19,513 nt of DNA from positions 1 through 19,513 of the forward strand of contig NZ_PQWO01000043.1 of NCBI RefSeq assembly GCF_003231495.1. Direction: 5' to 3'. Each line of letters opens with the position of its first letter. The stretch's first letter is position 1. Origin of the DNA: Acaryochloris thomasi RCC1774. GTDB lineage: Bacteria; Cyanobacteriota; Cyanobacteriia; Thermosynechococcales; Thermosynechococcaceae. Shown here piece after piece: positions 8,412 to 15,210 of this stretch. The notes beneath the pieces were generated by a model. That model did not search any database. It was not told the DNA's origin and saw only the letters and a list, made by a program, of their open reading frames with translations. The translations under genes and the position numbers were made by a program.

Positions 8412-8445
8412 CATAACCTTGCTCTTTATCCAGAGCAAGGTTATG
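8412..8445. terminator. Perfect 14-bp stem with a 6-nt loop; possibly the modBC terminator or another RNA or repeat element
   Basis: CATAACCTTGCTCT (8412-8425), TTATCC loop, AGAGCAAGGTTATG (8432-8445). It lies 130 bp downstream of the modBC stop. Neither strand has a U-tract after the stem, so the terminator role is uncertain. Confidence 0.35.
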
Positions 8446-8447
8446 GA

Positions 8448-8522
8448 GGTTCAATTGCTTGAGTGACTTGTGCTGAACAGTCTCAATTCTGGTTCAAGAT
8501 TGCTGATACCCATCGGGTTCAA
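8448..8522. repeat. Three copies of GGTTCAA within 75 bp, two of them with an extended match (GGTTCAA[GA]TTGCT)
   Basis: The copies lie at 8448-8454, 8491-8497 and 8516-8522. The first two continue as GGTTCAATTGCTTGA and GGTTCAAGATTGCTGA. Confidence 0.5.
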
Positions 8523-8575
8523 ACAGTGAATCTACTCAGAGGGTTTAGATGAATTCGGCAATGCCATGCAATAGA

Positions 8576-10417
8576 TCAAAGATCTTCCAGCAGTAACAAT
8601 CGCGACGGATCTAAGCACACGCTCCAGGGCTGAGGCTGATCTTTAAGCTCACACCATTTTTCTTTAAACACTTCTGCCTGTAGATGATAGTCTTGCTCAT
8701 CGCTTGGGGGGCGATGCAGCTTTAAATACAGGGTCATGCGATGGGGCGTTTCACTGGTCGCCGCTAGCCAGCAGCAAAAGGTATTTTTAGACGAGGCCGA
8801 CGAGGCCGACAATGAAATCTGGTGGGCACGGATGCCAATTTGGGTGAAGTTTGGGGGAAGTGGTTCTAGGGTTTGCAGCTGGCACTGCCAGCGCTGGACC
8901 TCAACTTGGTTCGGGCCGTAGGCGACAGCGGGTGAAAAGTTTTTACAGCCGGTCAGTCGAGCAACACTGACGGTCTGAGGCTGCTCAAAAATACGGTGTT
9001 TGGGACCATTGGCAATGACGGTACCGCTATCCAGGATTAGGAGGTCGTGACACATGCGGTAGGCTTCTTCTAAGTTGTGGGTTACCAATAGGGTAATGCC
9101 CTGGTAGCTCTGGAGTCGGGTGATCAGCTGCCGCTCAATCTGGTTGCGGAGATGCGTGTCAAGAGCGGAAAAGGGTTCGTCTAACAGTAAGACTTCAGGT
9201 TGGCTGGCAAGTGCTCGCGCCAATGCAACTCGCTGCTGCTGTCCCCCCGAGAGTTGACGGGGATAATGTTGAGCGAATGGCTCAAGACGCATGGCAATTA
9301 ACTGCTGAGTCACAGCCCTTGTGATCTGGTTCGGAGACGATTTCTGGCATCGAGGGAGGCCAAAGGCAATGTTTTGAGCAACGGTTAAGTGGGGAAAGAG
9401 GGCATAGTTCTGGAAGAGAATGCTGACGTTGCGATCGCAACTCCCCACATCAATCCCCAACTCAGAATCAAACAGCACTCGATCGTTAAGGATAATCCGG
9501 CCCGAGTCTGGGGTCTCTATCCCTGCAATGCAGCGCAGAATTAAACTCTTGCCCACCCCAGAGGCTCCTAAAACTCCGAGGGGCTGGCCATCCGCAACAA
9601 ATTTGATAGATAGAGTAAACTCCGGCAGATGTTTGCAAATATCCACCTCTAGCTGAAGACGAGTGGACCGTTTGGCCCCCGCTTCTTCGAACCCGCCTCT
9701 GCTCCTGTCAGAAAGGAGCATGGCCTCGGTTTTTCTCCCTTTAGATCTCTGTGTCCATCGAAGCCGAGACCGGTGCTGGGTTAACCCATTTGTGAGGACA
9801 ATCCCCCCGAGCGACAAGCTGAGCACTATCGCTGACCAGAGGGCAGCTTCGCGCAGATCGCCGCCTTCGACCGCGAAATAGATCGCCATCGGTAACGTTT
9901 GAGTGCGTCCGGGGATGTTCCCTGCCAACATCAGGGTTGCCCCAAATTCACCTAAGGCTCGAGCAAAGGCCAAGGTGGTTCCAGCTAAGAGACCGGGTAG
10001 TGAGAGGGGCAGGGTAATGCGCCTGAAGACGTTAAGTTCCGTGGCCTTCAGAGTCCGGGCCGCCTGCTGTAAGCTATCGTCAATCTGCTCAAATGCCCCC
10101 AGAGTCGTTTTGTACATCAGCGGGAAAGCTACTACCGTGGCTGTGATAACAGCGGCATACCAAGTAAAGACCACGCTAATCCCACCTGAGAACAGGACTC
10201 TGAACGGCCCATTTTTGCCGAGCAGCAGCAGTAAGAGAAAGCCCAGGACCGTCGGCGGGAGAACCATCGGGGCAAGAAAAAGACTATCTAATAGCGATCG
10301 CCAACGGCCTCGATAGTGCTGCATAAAATGGGCGGCAGCAATCCCCAAAAAGAACGTTACGACAGTGGCAATTGTCGCAATTCGGAGAGAAATCCAAAGG
10401 GGGGAAAGATTAATCAT
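8576..10417 (-). CDS. modBC: Fused molybdate ABC transporter permease and ATPase (ModB-ModC) with a C-terminal TOBE-like domain
   Basis: The 613-aa product begins with a multi-TM ModB/CysTW-type permease that includes the EAA-like loop ARALGEFGATLMLAGN. The C-terminal half is an ABC ATPase with Walker A GASGVGKS, signature LSGGQQQRVALARAL and Walker B LLLLDEPFSALD. A tail of about 130 aa follows. The gene sits 18 bp downstream of modA. Confidence 0.85.
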   Translation of the reverse strand: MINLSPLWISLRIATIATVVTFFLGIAAAHFMQHYRGRWRSLLDSLFLAPMVLPPTVLGFLLLLLLGKNGPFRVLFSGGISVVFTWYAAVITATVVAFPLMYKTTLGAFEQIDDSLQQAARTLKATELNVFRRITLPLSLPGLLAGTTLAFARALGEFGATLMLAGNIPGRTQTLPMAIYFAVEGGDLREAALWSAIVLSLSLGGIVLTNGLTQHRSRLRWTQRSKGRKTEAMLLSDRSRGGFEEAGAKRSTRLQLEVDICKHLPEFTLSIKFVADGQPLGVLGASGVGKSLILRCIAGIETPDSGRIILNDRVLFDSELGIDVGSCDRNVSILFQNYALFPHLTVAQNIAFGLPRCQKSSPNQITRAVTQQLIAMRLEPFAQHYPRQLSGGQQQRVALARALASQPEVLLLDEPFSALDTHLRNQIERQLITRLQSYQGITLLVTHNLEEAYRMCHDLLILDSGTVIANGPKHRIFEQPQTVSVARLTGCKNFSPAVAYGPNQVEVQRWQCQLQTLEPLPPNFTQIGIRAHQISLSASSASSKNTFCCWLAATSETPHRMTLYLKLHRPPSDEQDYHLQAEVFKEKWCELKDQPQPWSVCLDPSRLLLLEDL

Positions 10418-10435
10418 GGCAGCAAAGGGGCTGAC

Positions 10436-11233
10436 CTAAGCACGGCCAAATCCAAATTCTTCGAAGGTTTGTTGAGCGGCATCCGTGATCAGAAAATTAA
10501 TGAAGGCTTGAGCCGCTTCTGAGTGAGCGGTGCTTTGGATCATCGCAACTGGATATACGATCGGTAGATGAGAGTCTTCAGGGACCGTTGTCAGCACCTT
10601 TACCTGCTGAGAAAGAGCTGCATCAGTCGCATACACCATACCCAGTTCAGCATTACCGTTTTCCACGGCGGCGAGGACATTGCGAACAGTGTTGCCGAAG
10701 ACAAATTTAGTTCGTAGGGGGTCTAGCAGGTCCAATTTTGTGAACACTTGCTGGGCATATTGTCCGGCGGGGACGCTGCGAAATTCACCGACGGCGAAGC
10801 GACTGATATCAATGTCTCTGAGCTGAGTCAGGTCCGTGATCTCGTAATTAGAGTTTGTGGGAGCAATCAGTACCAGACTGTTGGTTACTAAATTTCGTTG
10901 ACTGTCGGGTTGAACAATCCCTTTCTCTGACAGTGCATTCATTTGTTTTGTAGCAGCGGAGCAAAAAACGTCGGCCGGTGCGCCCTGCTCGATTTGCCGC
11001 TGGAGCGCACCGGAAGCACCAAAATTATAGTCAATTGCAATGGTGGGATGGGCGGTATTGAACTGAGTTGCGATCCCATCAAGTGCCTCTTGCAAACTCG
11101 CAGCAGCAGACACTGTGATCGTCACGGAGGTCGTCTGTTCGGTAGAGGTCAGAGAACTGGAGCTGCAGCTCACCAGTAAACAAGCGAGCAAACCTGCCAT
11201 GAACCAGGCAGAAAATTGGCAGCGTTGCATCAT
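10436..11233 (-). CDS. modA: Molybdate-binding periplasmic protein ModA (lipoprotein)
   Basis: 265 aa. The signal peptide carries the lipobox LLVSC. ModA-type motifs include TVSAAASL, NFGASGALQRQIEQGAPADVF.SA and FAVGEFRSVPAGQYA. It lies directly upstream of modBC. Confidence 0.85.
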   Translation of the reverse strand: MMQRCQFSAWFMAGLLACLLVSCSSSSLTSTEQTTSVTITVSAAASLQEALDGIATQFNTAHPTIAIDYNFGASGALQRQIEQGAPADVFCSAATKQMNALSEKGIVQPDSQRNLVTNSLVLIAPTNSNYEITDLTQLRDIDISRFAVGEFRSVPAGQYAQQVFTKLDLLDPLRTKFVFGNTVRNVLAAVENGNAELGMVYATDAALSQQVKVLTTVPEDSHLPIVYPVAMIQSTAHSEAAQAFINFLITDAAQQTFEEFGFGRA

Positions 11234-11390
11234 TGGTGTTCACGGGTAGAGTGCTCTCAAAGGTTCGAGTGAGGAAGCCGCTAGGCTTTGGCCTGAGCTT
11301 TATCCCTAGGATAGAGGCCCCACTGATGGGCCAGCCGATTTTGTTGCCCAATCAGTGAGGGTACGAGAAAGGTAGGATTCCCCTAATTTT

Positions 11391-11606
11391 TTATACACCT
11401 ACCCCAAAGATCTCAGAAATGAAGTGATTCTGAGCGCGAATGTCTCCTTTCTCAACACCGATGCCCTGTCCTTTACGGATGGCATTCATCGACTCATAGC
11501 CTCGGCTCGTTTGCTTGGCACTCCAGAATTTCTGAAATCCTAAGCCCGTACGTATTCCGCGACGCCTGCTGGCAGATCTGACAGATTCTGAACGACTGTT
11601 AAGCAA
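11391..11606 (-). pseudogene. C-terminal fragment of an IS6/IS26-like DDE transposase
   Basis: GLGFQKFWSAKQTSRGYESMNAIRKGQGIGVEKGDIRAQNHFISEIFGV matches the IS6-family tail (..MLGFKSF....L.G.E..HMIRKGQ..). No upstream catalytic portion is present, and AT-rich non-coding sequence follows. Confidence 0.6.
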
Positions 11607-11645
11607 ATCTAATTAATGATAGCTAAGACTTATATGTTTCCTTGG

Positions 11646-11674
11646 TTGATATTTGTTCTAATTATATTTATATT
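11646..11674 (+). promoter_or_regulatory. Candidate sigma70-type promoter: TTGATA-N17-TATATT
   Basis: The -35 element TTGATA lies at 11646-11651 and the -10 element TATATT at 11669-11674, with a 17-nt spacer. It sits about 40 nt upstream of the CP12-like start codon in an AT-rich region. No experimental support. Confidence 0.35.
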
Positions 11675-11715
11675 GGACTCATGTCACCTCTGAAAAACAA
11701 CTTGGAGCGAAAATC

Positions 11716-12018
11716 ATGACTCATGCGATTACATCCCCTAAAGCAGCATCACTCTACGCACTTATTCCTATTGCTGATTCACAAGCCCGATGCAAACCTG
11801 ATTCTGCTCTTGAAACAACCTTTGCCGCAGCGCTCGAACCTGCTCGTCGTCTGACAGATATGTATGGCACTCAAAATATTGAGGTAACGGTTGCTTGGGA
11901 AGTGATTGGGGAGTTGGGGAGAGCCATCACTCGTCAACGGCTCTCGGTACAGACTGCATTTGACCGCTACTGTGCCGCGAATCCAGATGCACCCGAAGCT
12001 CGGATATATGACGTTTAA
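11716..12018 (+). CDS. CP12-domain protein, a variant lacking both regulatory cysteine pairs
   Basis: The C-terminal half reads VAWEVIGEL....FDRYCAANPDAPEARIYDV. This parallels the CP12 core AWD.VEEL and the C-terminal YC..NP.A.EC(R)(I/V)Y(E/D)D. The second Cys of the C-terminal pair is replaced by Ala, and the about 50-aa N-terminal extension has only one Cys. Confidence 0.6.
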   Translation: MTHAITSPKAASLYALIPIADSQARCKPDSALETTFAAALEPARRLTDMYGTQNIEVTVAWEVIGELGRAITRQRLSVQTAFDRYCAANPDAPEARIYDV

Positions 12019-12057
12019 GGTTCTTTGGAAAGGACATTAGATTCGTAAGGTCACTCC

Positions 12058-12813
12058 ATGTTCGCTAATCTTTCAATTCCGATGAATGCTACAGCTCAGG
12101 GCGTCGATCAGTTCGTCAGTAAAGTTATGACGGGCGCGATCGCAGCGCTGCTAAAGCGAACAGAAAAGCTAGACGTTAGGGTCAGAGCAGAACCTGTTGC
12201 AAAGCTGTTTCACGGCAGTATTGATGGGTTTGATTTTATTGGTCAGGGTCTATTGATGCATAGCGGTCTCCAAGTAGACCGCATGGAGTTTTACCTGCAG
12301 GCACTCTCCATTGACTTTGGCGCTCTCTTGCGGGGACAAGTCCAACTTCGGCAATCAACCCAGTCTTCTATGCGGGTTGTATTGACAGAAGAGGATTTGA
12401 CAGCCGCCTTCAACGCATCTTTTCTCACGGAAAAACTGCAGCAGCTTTCCTATGGCGGACAGCCGCTTTTGTTCGAGAAAACACGAATTAGTATCAACGA
12501 AGATCAGTTCCTGCGGATGCAAAGCTGGGTCTACTTCGGTCAGGTCGAACAAATGCTGGAAATCGACATCACGGCTCGTCTGGATTTTAAGGGCCGGCGC
12601 AAGCTCCAGTTTGTAGAGGTGACCTACGGTGGCGATCAGAGGGCCATAGAGCTGGGTCAGATGTTGACTCGTCACGTCAATAATCTAATGGATTTAGACC
12701 AGTTTAGCTTTGATGGGATGAAGCGTCGCGTGGATTTACTGCGACTGAAAGATCAACAACTTACCCCCTATGGCGTTGCCTACATGGAAAAATTTCCACA
12801 GCAGCATGGTTAA
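12058..12813 (+). CDS. DUF2993 (LmeA-like) family protein
   Basis: 251-aa ORF. KLDVRVRAEPVAKLFHGSIDGFDFIGQGLLMHSGLQVDRMEFYLQALSIDFGALLRGQVQL...MRVVLTEEDLTAAFN follows the repeated pattern I associate with cyanobacterial DUF2993 proteins. It starts 39 bp after the CP12-like gene and ends 62 bp before flv4. Confidence 0.55.
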   Translation: MFANLSIPMNATAQGVDQFVSKVMTGAIAALLKRTEKLDVRVRAEPVAKLFHGSIDGFDFIGQGLLMHSGLQVDRMEFYLQALSIDFGALLRGQVQLRQSTQSSMRVVLTEEDLTAAFNASFLTEKLQQLSYGGQPLLFEKTRISINEDQFLRMQSWVYFGQVEQMLEIDITARLDFKGRRKLQFVEVTYGGDQRAIELGQMLTRHVNNLMDLDQFSFDGMKRRVDLLRLKDQQLTPYGVAYMEKFPQQHG

Positions 12814-12875
12814 TGTTCTGCTGTGACTCTGTTCACACCAGTTGAGAGGCTGATTCAACCAAGTATTAGGAGTAA

Positions 12876-14612
12876 ATGATGGCGACTCTATCTGCACCAG
12901 CAAGTGATAGACCACTCAATGGGCGACTGACGATTCAGTCCCAAGAAATTGGGGCAGAGACCCTGGCGCTGCGCTGCCTAGATTGGAATCGAGATCGCTT
13001 TGATATTGAGTTTGGTCTTGAGGATGGCACCACCTACAACTCATTCTTGATATATGGCGAAAAGACGGCCTTAATCGATACCAGCCACGCTAAATTTGGC
13101 CGTCTATATCTAGATGCGCTGGCCAAAAATATTGATTGGTTTGACCTGGACTACTTGATCGTGAGCCATACGGAGCCAGACCACAGTGGTCTTGTGAAGG
13201 AGGTGCTGGCCCTAGCGCCCAAGGTCACGGTGGTGGGTGCCAAGGTGGCGATTCAGTTTCTCGAAAATATGGTCCACCAGCCCTTCTATTCCCAAGTGGT
13301 GAAACAGGGAGATCGCATCGATTTGGGAAACGACCATGAATTGACCTTTGTCTCAGCCCCCAACCTACACTGGCCGGATACAATTTTGACCCACGACGCC
13401 AAAACGAACATCCTGTTCACTTGTGACGTCTTTGGGATGCACTATTGCAACGATCTGCTTTATGACGAAGAACCGGATCGTCTGGCACCTCATTTTCAGT
13501 ACTACTACGACTGCTTGATGCGTCCCAATTCCCGCTCAGTGTTGAGCGCCCTCAAGCGAACTGCGAATCTCAATGTCCAAACTATTGCCACAGGGCACGG
13601 TCCCCTTCTTGAGCAGCATATCCCGGACTGGATAGACCGTTATCGAGATTGGAGCGAACAGCAAGCTCAGCTCGATCAACTCGTGGTTGTGTTTTATGAA
13701 GACGGCTATGGTCACGGAGAAATATTGGCCCAAGGCATTGCCCAAGGCATCACCAAAACAGGAGTGGTGGTTGAATGTGTTGATCTCGAGACTGCAGACC
13801 CCCATGACCTGAGAGAACTCGTTCAAATGGCAGCTGGAATTGTATTGGGAATGCCGTCACAATCAAATCTAGCCACGGCCCACACTGCGTTGAGCAGCAT
13901 CCTGGCAGCGGTACACCGGAAACAGACCGTTGGCCTATTTGAGTCTGGTGGCGGTGAAGATGAACCCATTTATCCTCTCCGCAGTACCTTACAAGAAATG
14001 GGGCTGACCGAGGCTTTCTCGCCGATTTTAGTGAAGGATACTCCCGACCGAGATCTAATGCAGCATTGCGAGGAAGCAGGGATTGATTTAGGCCAGTGGC
14101 TCACGCGAGATCGAACCATTCAGGAGATCAAGGCTTTAGACACAGACTTAGAGCTTGCCCTCGGACGCCTCAGCGGTGGACTTTACATTCTGACGGCCCA
14201 AAAGGGAGAGGTGTCGAATGCGATGCTGGCTTCCTGGGTAACCCAGGCCAGCCTAGAGCCGTTAGGGGTGGCAGTAGCTGTTGCAAAAGATCGGGCCATT
14301 GAGTCATTGCTGCAGGTGGGCGATCGCTTTGTTCTGAATATTTTGGCGGAGGAGACGGCTCAGCACCTGATGCGACATTTCCTGAAGCGCTTTCCTCCAG
14401 GAGGCGATCGGTTTGCCGGAGTCAAGGTCTATGCCTCAAGTCACGGGGCCTCTATTTTGGCAGAGGCACTCGCGTATTTGGAATGTCAGGTGACCAGCCG
14501 TTTGGAGTGCAGCGATCACTGGGTCATCTACAGCACCGTTGAACAGGGCCGGGTCTCTAATTTAGATGGCTTGACCGCTGTTCGCCATCGTAAGGTCGGT
14601 AATCATTATTAA
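12876..14612 (+). CDS. flv4: Flavodiiron protein Flv4 (FlvB-type: metallo-beta-lactamase-like, flavodoxin-like and flavin-reductase domains)
   Basis: 578 aa with the three-domain cyanobacterial Flv layout. The canonical diiron ligands are present: H-T-E-P-D-H (13167-13184), NLHWPD, CDVFGMH and GHGP. It is the first gene of the flv-small membrane gene-flv triad. AGGAG lies 3-6 nt before the tandem ATG ATG. Confidence 0.85.
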   Translation: MMATLSAPASDRPLNGRLTIQSQEIGAETLALRCLDWNRDRFDIEFGLEDGTTYNSFLIYGEKTALIDTSHAKFGRLYLDALAKNIDWFDLDYLIVSHTEPDHSGLVKEVLALAPKVTVVGAKVAIQFLENMVHQPFYSQVVKQGDRIDLGNDHELTFVSAPNLHWPDTILTHDAKTNILFTCDVFGMHYCNDLLYDEEPDRLAPHFQYYYDCLMRPNSRSVLSALKRTANLNVQTIATGHGPLLEQHIPDWIDRYRDWSEQQAQLDQLVVVFYEDGYGHGEILAQGIAQGITKTGVVVECVDLETADPHDLRELVQMAAGIVLGMPSQSNLATAHTALSSILAAVHRKQTVGLFESGGGEDEPIYPLRSTLQEMGLTEAFSPILVKDTPDRDLMQHCEEAGIDLGQWLTRDRTIQEIKALDTDLELALGRLSGGLYILTAQKGEVSNAMLASWVTQASLEPLGVAVAVAKDRAIESLLQVGDRFVLNILAEETAQHLMRHFLKRFPPGGDRFAGVKVYASSHGASILAEALAYLECQVTSRLECSDHWVIYSTVEQGRVSNLDGLTAVRHRKVGNHY

Positions 14613-14625
14613 GGAGTCAGGTTCC

Positions 14626-15162
14626 ATGAGCCTTCTAGACACGCCCATACTTAACAGAATTCGTTGGGTCAACCGCAGTAATATCGTCAGCTCCCTAGAA
14701 TTTGTTCAGGATCTGATTGTCATTTGCCTTTGTATTGGCCTGTTTGGCTTTATGGTGCTACAGCTTCGGGATATGTTCATGTCTTTGCTGCCACCGCTCG
14801 ATCTCCCCAATGTGACTGCAGACATTCTGTTCATCCTGATTTTAGTCGAGCTGTTTCGACTACTCATCATTTACCTGCGGGAGAGGCGTGTTTCCATCGG
14901 TGTGACGGTGGAAGTCTCCATTGTTTCGGCGCTCCGAGAAGTCATTGTAAACGGCATTCTAGAGATTCCCTGGCTGCAGGTCTTGATGACTTGCTTGTTT
15001 CTTGGCACCCTGGCACTCCTGCTGGTGGTGCGGGTCTGGCTGCCCCCTACCTTTGAGGGCATTAACCCCGAAGAACAACTCTCTCAACGCCGTCGCAGCG
15101 AACTACAAAATGACTCGCAGCAAAAGCATTCAATCCCCAATGGATATAGCGCTGAAAATTGA
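14626..15162 (+). CDS. Sll0218-like small membrane protein (PsiE-like family)
   Basis: 178 aa with about four hydrophobic helices. It sits between the two flv genes exactly as sll0218 does in the Synechocystis flv4-sll0218-flv2 operon. Its AAGGAG Shine-Dalgarno sequence overlaps the flv4 stop (TAAGGAG), and the gap is 13 bp. Confidence 0.75.
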   Translation: MSLLDTPILNRIRWVNRSNIVSSLEFVQDLIVICLCIGLFGFMVLQLRDMFMSLLPPLDLPNVTADILFILILVELFRLLIIYLRERRVSIGVTVEVSIVSALREVIVNGILEIPWLQVLMTCLFLGTLALLLVVRVWLPPTFEGINPEEQLSQRRRSELQNDSQQKHSIPNGYSAEN

Positions 15163-15210
15163 GATTGTATGTAGTTCAGCATCCATCCATCATTTGCAAA
15201 GAGACTCACC

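Noticed and set aside
8448-8522. The GGTTCAA heptamers resemble tRNA T-loop sequences (GGTTCRA), suggesting a tRNA or tRNA-like gene.
   Set aside because: The flanking bases do not form T-arm stems, and no acceptor or anticodon arms can be drawn around any of the three copies.
9903-10316. A 137-aa + strand ORF antisense to modBC. The same applies to similar nested or antisense track ORFs: 8736-8921, 9420-9656, 9663-9881, 10316-10522, 10943-11179, 11079-11351, 3080-3424, 2438-2626, 4673-4867, 5747-6070, 7402-7626, 7436-7660, 12355-12675, 13536-13826, 14096-14302, 14724-15056, 14871-15062, 15002-15214, 15575-15808, 15805-16068, 17384-17626, 18104-18331, 18505-18723, 19019-19327 and 19104-19295.
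   Set aside because: All of them lie inside or opposite strongly supported genes. They have the R/S/P/A-rich composition typical of off-frame translation and carry no recognisable motifs.
11234-11390. Possible molybdenum-cofactor (Moco) riboswitch in the roughly 157-nt leader upstream of modA. Short hairpins are present, such as CTGATTGGGC...GCCCATCAG and AAGCC-TAGC-GGCTT.
   Set aside because: I could not recognise the conserved Moco core or its multi-stem architecture by eye, only generic short stems. A covariance-model scan with the Rfam Moco RNA motif would be needed, so I do not report it as a feature.
11608-11664. The repeated octamer TCTAATTA (11608-11615 and 11657-11664) upstream of the CP12-like gene could be a regulator site such as an NdhR/CcmR-type box.
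   Set aside because: The region is very AT-rich, so an 8-mer repeat is weak evidence. Neither of the NdhR-type motifs I recall (ATAG-N8-CTAT or TCAATG-N10-ATCAAT) is matched.
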